From an uncultured delta proteobacterium (GTDB lineage Bacteria; Myxococcota_A; Polyangia; Fen-1088), in assembly GCA_963796685.1 (NCBI GenBank), contig CAWCMR010000009.1, forward strand, positions 360,924 to 424,923: a stretch of 64,000 bases of DNA, given 5' to 3'. The number at the start of each line of letters is the position of its first letter. Position 1 is the first letter of the stretch. The position numbers and the translations under genes were made by a program. Shown here one piece after another: positions 18,655-30,457 of this stretch. Below the pieces are notes generated by a model. It had not been told where the DNA came from. It worked only from the letters and a program-made list of their open reading frames with translations, and searched no databases.

Positions 18655-19349
18655 CCCTGGGCCGGGGCCCTGGGAAGCCAGAAGCACAGGACCAGAGCGC
18701 ATGTCGCGTCTTGGGTGACTTCGAGCCTGCCGCCGTGGAGCTCGACCAGGAGGCGGGCGACGAGCAGTCCCAAACCGATTGCGTCTTCTCCGGGCACCTC
18801 GGTTTCGCAGGGCGCGGTGAGCGTAAAGCGAACCTTGTCCTCGGCCACGCTCACCAGCAGGTCGATTCCCGATCGCCCCGTGTCCTGATTCAAGGAGACG
18901 GAGAGCAGGTTGGCCAGGATTCGGTCCAGACGAGCCGCGTCCACCGAAATCGCCAGGGGTCCGGCCGGCGCTGCGAGCCGAATGCGGGTTGTGTCCATGT
19001 CCCCTGCATGGCGCGAAAGAAACTCCGGTAGCCATCGCGAGAGGTCGTGCGTGTGAATATCGAGGTCCGCCTTGCCCGAGCGTAGCCGCGCCACGTCCCC
19101 CAGCTCCTCGGTCAAGGCGTTCAGCTTACGCGCCGAAGACACGATCATCGCGGCCAGACGACACTCCTTCTCGAGCCCCAATTTCGTCAGCGACCGCTCG
19201 AGCAACTGAGCGCTGAGTTGGACCGATGTCAGCGGCGTGCGTATCTCGTGCAGGGCGAGGCGAAGCATCCGGTAGTCCTCCGACGGCGCGGGACTCTCCG
19301 CACCACCCTCGAGCGGTAGAGCAACATCTTTGCCGAAAACCGAAGTCAT
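18651..19349 (-). CDS. Histidine-kinase-like protein with intact H-box and degenerate ATPase domain
   Basis: LHEIRTPLTSV; N-box altered (NLLSVSLN); no DxGxG box; G2 remnant IGLGLLVARLLVELHGG. Confidence 0.75.
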   Translation of the reverse strand: MTSVFGKDVALPLEGGAESPAPSEDYRMLRLALHEIRTPLTSVQLSAQLLERSLTKLGLEKECRLAAMIVSSARKLNALTEELGDVARLRSGKADLDIHTHDLSRWLPEFLSRHAGDMDTTRIRLAAPAGPLAISVDAARLDRILANLLSVSLNQDTGRSGIDLLVSVAEDKVRFTLTAPCETEVPGEDAIGLGLLVARLLVELHGGRLEVTQDATCALVLCFWLPRAPAQG

Positions 19350-19512
19350 TCGCCTGGAATGATAGCGGCAATCACCCGGGAATGACACCATGGCCAACGC
19401 CCCCGCTCAACCCGGCAGTCGGGCGCGGTCCCATTCAGCGACCTTGGCAACCGACCACGCCTGTGACAGAAGAACAGGCGTCGCCCATCATCGGGCGCCA
19501 CGGAAACAGGCG

Positions 19513-19869
19513 ATGAACAACAGCGATGAATTCACGTTTCAGGGTCAGGGCACGCTCAAACGCATCGACACCTTCGTGTCCAAGGCGGGAAAGTCGATCC
19601 TCACGCTGATCTTCGAGATCCAGGGGCAATACCCGCAGCTCATCCCCATCAAGGTCTTTGGCCGGCTGGCCGAACAAGCCTCGGCCTGGAAGCCGGGCGC
19701 GATTCTATCCGTCACCGGGCGGCTGGGTGGTCGCGACTGGAACGGCAAGGTGTATGGCGACAACGTCGCCACCAGCATCGAAATCATCAGCGCCGACGAC
19801 GACAAGGATCCGGGAACGCCGCCCGGTCACGACCCACCGCCGCCCAGCGACGACGACGTTCCCTTCTAG
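19513..19869 (+). CDS. SSB-like OB-fold protein (DUF3127-like) with acidic C-terminal tail
   Basis: GQYPQLIPIKVFG..LGGRDWNGKVY; ends DDDVPF, the SSB-type tail. Confidence 0.75.
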   Translation: MNNSDEFTFQGQGTLKRIDTFVSKAGKSILTLIFEIQGQYPQLIPIKVFGRLAEQASAWKPGAILSVTGRLGGRDWNGKVYGDNVATSIEIISADDDKDPGTPPGHDPPPPSDDDVPF

Positions 19870-20064
19870 CTCGCTCACACCCTCACAGCGACGCGCCTGC
19901 GCCTTCGAGGTGTCATGTATTGCCGCGTCATCACTGTCCGGTCGAGGCCAGATCCCTCGCCTCAAGCGATGATCGCTGCGCTAGGTTATCAAGTTGAGCG
20001 GCGCCAAAGCCGTGGAAGGTCCTGCGACCGCAGGCCTCTCGCCGCTCTCCGTGCGTAGGCGAGG

Positions 20065-20310
20065 CTAGACCGGCAGCCCGCTGACGATGATCTTGCGCAG
20101 GCCAGAAACCGGGAGCGGCTGTCCCCGCTTCGTCTCTTCGAAGATGATCTGGGCCATGGTGGCAGCGGTCAAATCCTTACCGGAATCGCGATTCGTGACC
20201 CGGATTTCCTCGCCACTGCGGATCAGATCGGCGATCTGCTGGAGGTTCACGTAGTGGCTTTCCTGCGTGTCGTACAACTTCCTGTTCGAATAGCGGCGGA
20301 TGGTTCTCAT
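20065..20310 (-). CDS. PhaR-type polyhydroxyalkanoate regulator DNA-binding domain protein
   Basis: IRRYSNRKLYDTQESHYVNL..GKDLTAATMAQIIFE. Confidence 0.85.
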   Translation of the reverse strand: MRTIRRYSNRKLYDTQESHYVNLQQIADLIRSGEEIRVTNRDSGKDLTAATMAQIIFEETKRGQPLPVSGLRKIIVSGLPV

Positions 20311-20397
20311 GGGCAGAGAATGGCATAGAGATTGGGCGACGGGAAGATACAGTTTCCGTCCGGCTTCTGACCTCCCTGGGCGCGGCGACCACGTCGC

Positions 20398-21012
20398 TCA
20401 CGCGACGAAGAACAACACGGCGAGGTAGTGACAGGCGCTGCCCCCCAGGACGAAGAGGTGCCAAACACCATGTCCATAGCGCACCCCCTTCTTGCCCGCG
20501 ACGTAGAAGAAGATTCCCCCGGTGTACAGCAGCCCCCCAGCGAGCAACCAGGCAAAGCCCTTCAGGGTCAGAAGGGAAATCAAGGGCACGACGGCCAACA
20601 CTGCCAGCCATCCCATGAGCAAGTAGATCGAAAGCGACAGAATTCGACTTCGTTGGGCGCGCCACAGCTCCTGGACAACACCGAGAGCCGCGAGCGTCCA
20701 TATGGCGCCGAACAAGGGCCAACCCCCATGGCCACGAAGGGTGACCAACGTGAAAGGAGAATAGGTGCCCGCAATCAAGAGGTAGATCGCGCAGTGGTCG
20801 AGATTGCGCAGCATGGGCTTCGAAGGCCCGTGCGCGGAATGGTACAGGAACGAGGTGACATATTGACCGACGAGGGCCAGGCCGTAGAGGCTGAAGCTGG
20901 CGATCCGCCAGGGATCACCCAGGTGCGCGGCCGACAGAACAAGCGCGAGGGTCCCCCCCAACGCTAGAGCGGCGCCGATGAGGTGACTGAGCGAATTGAA
21001 TCTTTCTTCCAC
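20398..21012 (-). CDS. Hemolysin III/PAQR family membrane protein (start approximate)
   Basis: EERFNSLSH, SFLYHS, LDHCAIYLLIAGTYSPF, HGVWHLFVLGGSACHY. Confidence 0.9.
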   Translation of the reverse strand: MEERFNSLSHLIGAALALGGTLALVLSAAHLGDPWRIASFSLYGLALVGQYVTSFLYHSAHGPSKPMLRNLDHCAIYLLIAGTYSPFTLVTLRGHGGWPLFGAIWTLAALGVVQELWRAQRSRILSLSIYLLMGWLAVLAVVPLISLLTLKGFAWLLAGGLLYTGGIFFYVAGKKGVRYGHGVWHLFVLGGSACHYLAVLFFVA

Positions 21013-21070
21013 GTGAAGGCTCTCGCCCGAGGGACTCTTGGGGTGGCGGATTATGGTACACCAACCACCG

Positions 21071-21556
21071 ATGGACAGTCGAAGCGGGGCCGGCCCATAC
21101 GAAGTGCCGAAGGCGGATCTCAACCAGCCTGGCTCGGCCGAGCGCCCGCCTCGACCATCCGTGGGCGATGTCTTGCTGGTGATGCTCCTGCAACTCGCCG
21201 CGGTCGCCATCCTCGGCCGCGCCCTTCCACCCCTCCTCGGTCGGTCCTGGCCAGGCTATCCGTTCGCCGGGCGTATGATCGGGGCCGCGACGTTTGCCAT
21301 GCTCGAAAAGCGACATCGCCCCGGGTCGCGCCCGCTTGGCTTCATCGCCTTGCTTGCCCTGTGGGCGACCTTGGCGTGGCTGCTCTTCACCGTGCTCTCG
21401 ATGGGGGTATTCCTGGGCTTGCCGAACCATTGGCCAACCCCTGGCATCGAATGGCTCGCGACTGCCAACAGGCTTCTCGTCAGCGGCGCAAGCACCTTTG
21501 TCGCAACGGTGGCGGGATTGTGGCTGGGCTCGCGCGCAAGCGCCCGACGATTCTAG
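21071..21556 (+). CDS. Hypothetical membrane protein
   Basis: PYEVPKADL N-terminal motif followed by about 4 hydrophobic segments. Confidence 0.6.
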   Translation: MDSRSGAGPYEVPKADLNQPGSAERPPRPSVGDVLLVMLLQLAAVAILGRALPPLLGRSWPGYPFAGRMIGAATFAMLEKRHRPGSRPLGFIALLALWATLAWLLFTVLSMGVFLGLPNHWPTPGIEWLATANRLLVSGASTFVATVAGLWLGSRASARRF

Positions 21557-23116
21557 CCAGGGGGCAAGCAGTCCGTGGGCCGGGCGATTGCGACGAGAGC
21601 CTGGGCCGCGGCTTGCAGATCCGCGGATTCGTAGGGTTTGGACAGGAGTCGGGTGACGCCACGCTCCTTGAGCGCCTCCGCGGACATCGATTCGCCGATA
21701 CCCGACACCATCAGGATGGGAAGGTCCGGGCGGGTCGCAAGCACATTGGCAACGAGCTCCAGGCCGGTCATGTGAGGCATCGTGTTGTCGGTGACGAGCA
21801 AGTCGAACCGACAGGGATCGGATCGAAATTCCTCGAGGGCCTGCAAACTGGACGTGTGCGCGGTAACGTCGAAGCCGACGGCTTCGAGCACGCGCCGCCC
21901 GAGAGCGGCCAGCCGCTCTTCGTCCTCGACGAAGAGGATCCGGTGCCGCTGCGGGCGGACCCCATCGGCGCCATCCATCACCTGCGCGTTCAACGGGGCC
22001 GCGGGAAGGTATACGTCGAAACAGGTTCCCTCGCCCACGCGGCTCGCGACTTCGATGCCTCCGCCCAGGGAAAGAACGATTTGTCTGATGACCGACAGTC
22101 CGAGCCCGGTGCCTTCGCCTTGGGGTTTGGTGGTGAAGAAGGGCTCGAAAATGCTTCCAAGCATCTTGTCAGGAATGCCGGTCCCCGTGTCCGACACACG
22201 CAGCCGCACGTGAAGCCCCGGACGCATGCCCGTGTGCGCGGCCACGAACGTCTCATCCACGGTCACGGGCCCCACGCGAATCTCCAGCACCCCCCCATGG
22301 TTCTTCATGGCGTGAGCCGCGTTGGTGGCCAGGTTCATGGCGATCTGGTGCAACTCGTTTCCGTCGGCGACAACCTGGGGCGTGGTCGCATCGAACCCCT
22401 CGCGAATCTCGATGTTGAGCGGCAGCGTGGCACGCAACAGATGGATGGCCTCGCGAACCGGTGCTTCGATGCTGGTGGGCGCGCGCGTCGGCTGCGACTT
22501 TCGCGTGAAGAACAGGATGCGGTTCACGAGATCGCGCCCGCGCCGGGCGGTGTCGATGACGACGTCGAGATCCTCTTTCACCAAGGGAAGACCCTTGACG
22601 GCTTCACGCGCCAGCTCGGTGTAGCCGATGATGCCGAGCAAGATGTTGTTGAAGTCGTGCGCGATGCCGCTGGCCAGGTTGCCGATGGCCTCCAGCTTGT
22701 GCGTCTGGCGCAAGCGTTCTTCCAGGCCGCGTCGTTCGCTGACGTCCACGATGGTGCCAAGGATGAAGACGCCCTCGGGGGTCGCGATGGGGGAAAGACC
22801 GATCTCGACGGGGATCTCGCGCCCGTCCTTGTGGCGGGCGAAGAGCTCGCGTCCGGCACCCATGCGCCGGGCGGTGGGCTCGTGCGTGTACTGGCCGCGC
22901 AGCTTTGCGTGCCCCCGGACAAAATGATCGGGCACCAGCAGCTCCACCGACTGCCCGAGGAGCTGCGTCGCGGGAGTAGCCGCACAACCGCTCGACCTCC
23001 TGGTTGACCGCCGTGATGACGCCACCCCCGTCGACGACGATCAACCCCGACGGGCACCGTTCGAAAGCGGTTCTGATGAACTCGTCGCTGACTTCCCTCG
23101 GGATCTGTCGCGCCAT
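21553..23116 (-). CDS. PAS hybrid histidine kinase (PAS-HisKA-HATPase-REC); apparent +1 frameshift near 22965
   Basis: PAS N-half GLIVVDGGGVITAVNQEVERLCGYSRD joins ELLGQSVELLVP in the next frame; IAHDFNNIL, FFTTKPQGEGTGLGL, REC TDNTMP. Confidence 0.88.
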
Positions 23117-23293
23117 GGCTCTCCCCTCGGAGGGATGCACGCTAGCATGGCAAACTCCTCGTGCCAGGACCACGGCGATGTGGCCACGCACGTCCGCTTG
23201 CCTCACCGGTACGTATCGCGACGCCGATCGGCGGCATCAATCCCGGACGCTGGGAAGCTGCTCAAGCGACGGGAGCCGTTCGACACCAGCCGC

Positions 23294-24475
23294 CTAGAAC
23301 TCCGGCTGATGAAAGGCCGGCGTGGGACGAGCGAAGAGGAAACCCTGGAAGAAGTCGCATCCAAGGTCGCAAAGGATGTCCCGTTCGGCAGGCGTTTCCA
23401 CGCCCTCGGCGACGAGCATCATCTCCATTTCGCGACACAGGGACGCAACCGAGGCCACGAGCTTGCGTTTGACGGGGTTGGCCTCGATCCCGCGAATGAG
23501 ATTCATGTCGACCTTCACGATGTCTGGATCCAGCACGGCAAAGCTGGTCAGACCTGCATAACCGGCGCCCAGGTCGTCGACGGCGATGCGAAAACCAAGC
23601 CTGCGCAATTCGGCCACGCGTTCGCGAACCTCTTCCAATCTGGTCAACGGCGAGCGTTCGGTGATTTCCAGCACCACTCGGGAAGCCATGCCCACGAGAG
23701 GAGAGGACGGTTCGACGAGTTGCGGATCGAGCAGGTCGTCGGGGTGCAAGTTGATGAACAGCAGCCAATCCCGGCTCATCAGCGAGCGACGACCGGCGGC
23801 GAAGGCCCGCGTGGCGCGACCCAGCCTTTGCGTGGCCCCCAGCCGCTCGGCAGCGCTGAGCATGTCTTCGGGCCCGGGCAGCGAGGGCTCGCGGCTGCGC
23901 AAGAGAGCCTCGTAACCGAGGATGCTCTTGGTGGAGAGCGACACGATCGGCTGGAAGGCCATGCCGAAGGAGGCCATCGCCCGCTCGAAGCTGGCCTCGA
24001 GGCCCGCGCAATCCGACGGCCCGGCTATCCCCGCCAGCCCCAAGGCCTCGCGCTTGAGGCACGCCAGGCGATAGAGCTGCGTGGCTTGCACGACGGTGCG
24101 GCGCAGGTGCTCGAGGTCGAAGGGTTTGGGCAGGTAGCGAAAGGCGCCGTATTCGACGGCCTGGGCCGCGCCCTCCCAGGAAGGGTGTCCCGTGACCAAG
24201 ACCACGGGCAGATCCGGATCCTGCTCGCGAACCGCGCGCAGGAGATCGAGGCCGGTCATGCCGGGCAAGTTGATGTCGCTGACGGCCGCGGCGAGGCCGC
24301 CCTGCTTGATGCGCGCCAGGGCATCCGTCGCGCACTCGCAAGTGACGACCTCGAAGGTTTCCTCCAAGGCTCGGGCCAGCATGCGCAACACGAACGATTC
24401 GTCGTCCACGACGAGGACGGTCTCGCGCGATCCCGGACATCTCGCATAGTCTTGTCCCGTTTCCCTGGAGTGCAT
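23294..24475 (-). CDS. Response regulator with EAL (c-di-GMP phosphodiesterase) domain
   Basis: VLVVDDE, SDINLPG; GYEALLR, DDLGAGY, AEGVE, QGFLF. Confidence 0.92.
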   Translation of the reverse strand: MHSRETGQDYARCPGSRETVLVVDDESFVLRMLARALEETFEVVTCECATDALARIKQGGLAAAVSDINLPGMTGLDLLRAVREQDPDLPVVLVTGHPSWEGAAQAVEYGAFRYLPKPFDLEHLRRTVVQATQLYRLACLKREALGLAGIAGPSDCAGLEASFERAMASFGMAFQPIVSLSTKSILGYEALLRSREPSLPGPEDMLSAAERLGATQRLGRATRAFAAGRRSLMSRDWLLFINLHPDDLLDPQLVEPSSPLVGMASRVVLEITERSPLTRLEEVRERVAELRRLGFRIAVDDLGAGYAGLTSFAVLDPDIVKVDMNLIRGIEANPVKRKLVASVASLCREMEMMLVAEGVETPAERDILCDLGCDFFQGFLFARPTPAFHQPEF

Positions 24476-24670
24476 GAACCCACCTTCTGACCTCGGACCG
24501 GCCTCCCCGCCCGACGGGGCTGCCCGACACAGGAGCCTTCTTGATTCGCCGCGGGCAGAAGTCATCGGGCCTCCTTCCCAAGAACTTTAGATACCGACGG
24601 GGCCGGAATGATTCAAGTGATGGAACGGTACGGCCAGCCCGTGGTCTGATAAGGTTCTGCCCGCCCCGTC

Positions 24671-25669
24671 GTGATCCACGTCAGCAGTCTGAGCAAAACC
24701 TATCGTGTCCATCGCAGGCCTCCGGGCCTGTGGGCGTCGGTACGGTCATTGGTCCATCGCAACTACGAAAACGTGCACGCGCTTGCCGAAGTCAGCTTCG
24801 CCATCGCGCCCGGGGAGCGTGTCGGCTTTCTCGGCCCCAACGGCGCGGGCAAGACCACGGCGCTCAAGATCCTGTCCGGCCTGCTCTACCCGACCAGCGG
24901 CAAGGTGACCGTCGGAGGGTTCATCCCGCACGAGCGGCGCGCGGAGTTTCTGGGCACCATCACCCTCATCATGGGGCAGAAGCAACAGCTCATGTGGGAT
25001 CTGCCGCCGTCCGAAACCTTCGCCATGAACCGCGCCCTCTTCGACCTGCCGAGGCGCGAAGCCGATGCCGTCCAGAGCGAGCTGGTCGAGCTGCTGCAAG
25101 TCGGGCCGCTGCTGGGCAAGCCCTGCCGCCAGCTATCGCTCGGCGAGCGCATGAAGTGCGAGCTCGTGGCCGCCCTGCTGCACCGGCCGAAGGTGCTGTT
25201 CCTCGACGAGCCCACCATCGGCCTCGACGTTTCGATGCAGGCCCAGCTGCGCGACTTCATCCGCCGCCACAACGAGGCCACCGGCGCGACCATCCTGCTC
25301 ACCAGTCATTACATGGCCGACGTGGCCGCGCTGTGCCCGCGGGTCATCGTCATCGACAAGGGCCACTTGGTCTACGACGGCGATCTCAAGGCCTTGGCCC
25401 GTCGCATTCGTCCCGAGAAGCGTATCACTCTGCACTTCGCCTCGGTGCCCACACCGGGCAGCCTGGACCGACTGGGCCATTGCGTGGCACGTTCGGATTC
25501 ACAAGCCACCCTGTCGGTTCCCGCGGCGCAGGTGACCGAGGCAGTTCGCGCCGCGCTGGAACAACTACCCATCGCCGATATTTCGGTCGAGGATCCGCCG
25601 CTGGAGGAAATCATGCGCGAGTTCCTGGGTGGCCAGCGCCACGGCGGCGAAGCCGGGACGCCGGTATGA
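24671..25669 (+). CDS. ABC-2 type transporter ATP-binding protein
   Basis: GPNGAGKTT, LSLGERM, LFLDEPTIGLD, LTSH. Confidence 0.93.
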   Translation: MIHVSSLSKTYRVHRRPPGLWASVRSLVHRNYENVHALAEVSFAIAPGERVGFLGPNGAGKTTALKILSGLLYPTSGKVTVGGFIPHERRAEFLGTITLIMGQKQQLMWDLPPSETFAMNRALFDLPRREADAVQSELVELLQVGPLLGKPCRQLSLGERMKCELVAALLHRPKVLFLDEPTIGLDVSMQAQLRDFIRRHNEATGATILLTSHYMADVAALCPRVIVIDKGHLVYDGDLKALARRIRPEKRITLHFASVPTPGSLDRLGHCVARSDSQATLSVPAAQVTEAVRAALEQLPIADISVEDPPLEEIMREFLGGQRHGGEAGTPV

Positions 25670-26499
25670 AGCACCTGTGGGCCAGCCGAACGCTCGCCGC
25701 GGCACGACGATGGCTACGCGCCTACCCGAGCCTTTTGCGCGTGGGCCTGGCGGACATGTTGGCCTATCGTGCCGAGTTCCTGGTGTGGATCCTGTCCATG
25801 AACATGCCGCTGGTCATGATGGCGCTGTGGACCGCGGTGGCCGCCGACGGGCCGGTCGGCCGATTCGGCAAGCAGGAGTTCGTCGCCTACTACCTCGGCA
25901 TGCTGATCGTCCGTATCCTGACCGGTTCGTGGCTGGTGTGGGAGCTGACCATGGAGATCAGGCGCGGCACGCTGGCCATCCGCCTTCTGCGCCCTATCCA
26001 TCCCTTGTGGGCGTTCAGCGCCATGCAGCTCGCGGCGGTTCCCCTGCGCGCGCTCGTCATCTCGCCCCTGGTTGTCGTCTTGTACTGGGTCGCGGGAGCG
26101 AGCCTGCCCATGCACGATCCCGAGCGCCTCGCCATCGTGTTCGCATCCATCGCCGGCGCATGGCTGTTGCTCTTTCTGGTCATGGCCATCATCGGCATGC
26201 TGGCGGCCTACGTCGAGAGCGCCTTGTCGGTCTTCGATCTGTGGCTGGGCGCCCAGGCCATCCTGTCGGGCTTCCTGGTTCCGCTCGAGCTCATGCCGCC
26301 GTGGGTGGCGCGGCTGGCGCGCGTGCTGCCCTTCCGCTACATCCTGGGTTTCCCGGTGGAGACCTTGATTGGCCTCGAAAGCGACGCCGTCGCCCTGCGC
26401 GAGCTGGGCGTGCAGTGGCTGTTCGTGGCCGGCGCATTTGTCATGATGGTGCTCCTGTGGCGCAAAGCCCTGCAGCGGTTCGCGGCCTTCGGAGGATGA
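25666..26499 (+). CDS. ABC-2 family permease
   Basis: ATGA overlap; LAYRAEFLVW, EIRRGTLAIRLLRP, LPFRY..FPVE. Confidence 0.88.
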   Translation: MKHLWASRTLAAARRWLRAYPSLLRVGLADMLAYRAEFLVWILSMNMPLVMMALWTAVAADGPVGRFGKQEFVAYYLGMLIVRILTGSWLVWELTMEIRRGTLAIRLLRPIHPLWAFSAMQLAAVPLRALVISPLVVVLYWVAGASLPMHDPERLAIVFASIAGAWLLLFLVMAIIGMLAAYVESALSVFDLWLGAQAILSGFLVPLELMPPWVARLARVLPFRYILGFPVETLIGLESDAVALRELGVQWLFVAGAFVMMVLLWRKALQRFAAFGG

Positions 26500-27314
26500 C
26501 GGTGAAACGCGACTACCCGCGCAGCCTGCGCCGCTACGCCCGCCTGTTCTCCGTGCAGTTGCGCACCTCGTTCACCCTTGCGGTGCAGTACCGCTTCGAC
26601 TTCTTCATCGAGGGTCTGCTCGCGCTCCTCTGGCTGGGCATCACGCTGGTGCCCTTGATGGTGGTATTCGCGCGGCGGGCAACGGTCGCGGGCTGGAGCT
26701 ACCCCGAGGCCCTGGTCGTGGTAGGGCTGTTCTCGGTGCTCAAGGCCGTGCTCGACGGCGCCATCACGCCCAGCCTCAACCACGTGGTCGACGGCATCCG
26801 CAAGGGCACCCTGGACTTCATCTTGCTCAAACCCGCGGATGCGCAATTCCTGGTGTCGACGGCGCGCTTCGACCCGTGGCGCATCCTGGACCTGCTCGGC
26901 AGCATCGCCATCGTCTTGTACGCACTTCGACGTCTGCACCACATTCCCTCGCTGTCGGAGACGCTCGCCGGCGCCGCCCTCTTTTCGGTCGCCATCTTGC
27001 TCATCTATTCGCTGTGGATTTTGGTGGTCAGCCTGTCCTTCCGCGTGGTCAAGGTCGACAACCTGTCCTATCTCTTCATGTCCATCTTCGATGCCGGCCG
27101 CTGGCCCATCAGCGTCTTCAAGGGCGCCCTGCGCGTGCTCTTCACCGTGGTCTTCCCGCTCGCGCTCATGACCACCTACCCCGCGCAAGCCCTGCTCGGC
27201 CACCTGTCCATCGAGCACACCATGCTGGCGGGCGCAGGCGGACTTCTCTTCGCAGGCTGCGCGCGTTGGATCTGGATGCGCTCGCTGCAAGCGTATACGT
27301 CGGCGAGCTGGTAG
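26496..27314 (+). CDS. ABC-2 family permease
   Basis: ATGA overlap; QYRFDFF, IRKGTLDFILLKPADAQF, GRWPISVF, YTSAS. Confidence 0.88.
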   Translation: MTVKRDYPRSLRRYARLFSVQLRTSFTLAVQYRFDFFIEGLLALLWLGITLVPLMVVFARRATVAGWSYPEALVVVGLFSVLKAVLDGAITPSLNHVVDGIRKGTLDFILLKPADAQFLVSTARFDPWRILDLLGSIAIVLYALRRLHHIPSLSETLAGAALFSVAILLIYSLWILVVSLSFRVVKVDNLSYLFMSIFDAGRWPISVFKGALRVLFTVVFPLALMTTYPAQALLGHLSIEHTMLAGAGGLLFAGCARWIWMRSLQAYTSASW

Positions 27315-27354
27315 CCAGACCGGCCCGCACCTGCTACCTTACGCTGCCCAATCC

Positions 27355-28977
<1,623 letters not shown>

Positions 28978-29099
28978 CGCGCCGGTTTGCTCCCAATTCA
29001 GCAAATCCATTCCTGATTTCTGGTAGGGTGAAGGTCGCTTTCGCGGACGCCGTCCCCAACGCGGCAGTCACGTTTGTCATCCGTCGAGTAGGTTCTGAA

Positions 29100-30368
29100 A
29101 TGAAGAGAACAACGTCGTTCTTTTTCGCGCTGATTCTGGTCGCCTCGCCGAGCTGCAAAGTCGACGATGATGGCTTGACCTCGGTTGCCGATCCCGGGAT
29201 GGGAAGCGGCGGCGCATCGGGCGCGGTCGAAGCGCACGACTCGGGAGCGGTCCCGGCCGGGACAGGCGGTCTGGGGACGGGCGGCGTGACCGGAGCCGGT
29301 GGCGCGAAAGCCTCGGGCGGAACGACGGGAGTGGGTGGAACCAAGGCGACGGACGGCGCGCTTGGATTTGGCGGCTTGGGCGGTGGTCTCGGCTCGGAAG
29401 CGATCGATGCCTCCGGCACCGGCGGCATGGGTGGAGATGCCGCTTCCGGCGATGCGCCAGGAACCGGCGGTGGTGGCGGTGCTGGTGGAATCCCGAGCCG
29501 CGATGGCGCGGTCGACAGACCCGCCGGACCTGGCGGTGACGGCCCTCCGGCACCAAAGGCGGACGCCCGCCCGGACCGCCCCATCGATTTGCGCGTTGTC
29601 GACGCCCCCGCACCCTCCGACGACACCAACGACCTCGCAACCGTGGACGCCGGCTCCCCCATGACCCTGGTATGGTCCGACGAATTCGACGGCGACGCCA
29701 ACACCGGCGTCGAGGCCACCAAGTGGAGCTACATCACCTGGGATCCCGGCCACGTGAACGACGAGCTCCAGAAATACACCAGCCGACTGGAGAACGTCTT
29801 CCAGGACGGGGCCGGCCACCTGGTCATCCGCGGGCTCGATAAGCCGGGCGCCGGTAACGAGTACACCTCGGGGCGAGTCCAGACGAACGGTCACTTCACC
29901 TTCCAATCCGGCCGCGTCGAGGTCCGCGCCAAGCTGCCCGCCGGGATCGGATCCTTCCCCGGCATCGTCGCCATGGGAAGCACCAGCAGCTGGCCGCAAT
30001 GTGGAGAGCTGGCCATCATGGAACAGTATGGTCAGGACAAGAGCTGGTTCTACGTCAGCGCCACCGCCGGCGGGGCGAGCGGCTCGGGGGACACCGGCAA
30101 CGTGAAGTACACCTTCCCCGACGCCACCACCGCTAGCCTCGATTTTCACGTCTACTCGCTCGATTGGTACGACGACCACATCCTCTTCCAGGTGGATGGA
30201 ATCGAAATCACGCGCACCACCTTCGCGACCTCGTCGCCTTTCCACACCATCCCGGAATACCTCATTCTCGACCTCGCGATCGGCGGAACCATGGGCGGCA
30301 CCATCGATCCCGACGCCTTCCCCATGGAGATGATCGTGGACTACGTGCGCGTCTATGCGTTTGACTGA
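29100..30368 (+). CDS. GH16 (laminarinase-like) lipoprotein with Gly-rich linker
   Basis: Signal plus Cys; LVWSDEFDG, YTSGRV, GRVEVRAKLP, WPQCGELAIME, FHVYSLDW, LAIGG, VDYVRVY. Confidence 0.88.
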   Translation: MKRTTSFFFALILVASPSCKVDDDGLTSVADPGMGSGGASGAVEAHDSGAVPAGTGGLGTGGVTGAGGAKASGGTTGVGGTKATDGALGFGGLGGGLGSEAIDASGTGGMGGDAASGDAPGTGGGGGAGGIPSRDGAVDRPAGPGGDGPPAPKADARPDRPIDLRVVDAPAPSDDTNDLATVDAGSPMTLVWSDEFDGDANTGVEATKWSYITWDPGHVNDELQKYTSRLENVFQDGAGHLVIRGLDKPGAGNEYTSGRVQTNGHFTFQSGRVEVRAKLPAGIGSFPGIVAMGSTSSWPQCGELAIMEQYGQDKSWFYVSATAGGASGSGDTGNVKYTFPDATTASLDFHVYSLDWYDDHILFQVDGIEITRTTFATSSPFHTIPEYLILDLAIGGTMGGTIDPDAFPMEMIVDYVRVYAFD

Positions 30369-30417
30369 CGAGTAACGCCCCATGGAATTCGGGACCTGGA
30401 CCGTGCCGGCCACGGAT

Positions 30418-30443
30418 GGCCAGCTCCACGACGTGAGCTGGCC
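30418..30443. terminator. GC-rich hairpin between the convergent GH16 and amtB genes
   Basis: GGCCAGCTC..GAGCTGGCC 9-bp stem; no U-tract. Confidence 0.4.
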
Positions 30444-30457
30444 CACCTGCCTTGCGC

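Noticed and set aside
23148-23168. CTGGCACGAGGAGTTTGC upstream of the PAS kinase (minus strand)
   Set aside because: GG-GC spacing is 12, not 10. The similar motif at 12466-12482 has spacing 11.
29190-29560. GGC/ACC-rich repeats here and at 34020-34400
   Set aside because: Low-complexity Gly/Thr linkers inside lipoprotein genes, not DNA repeat arrays.
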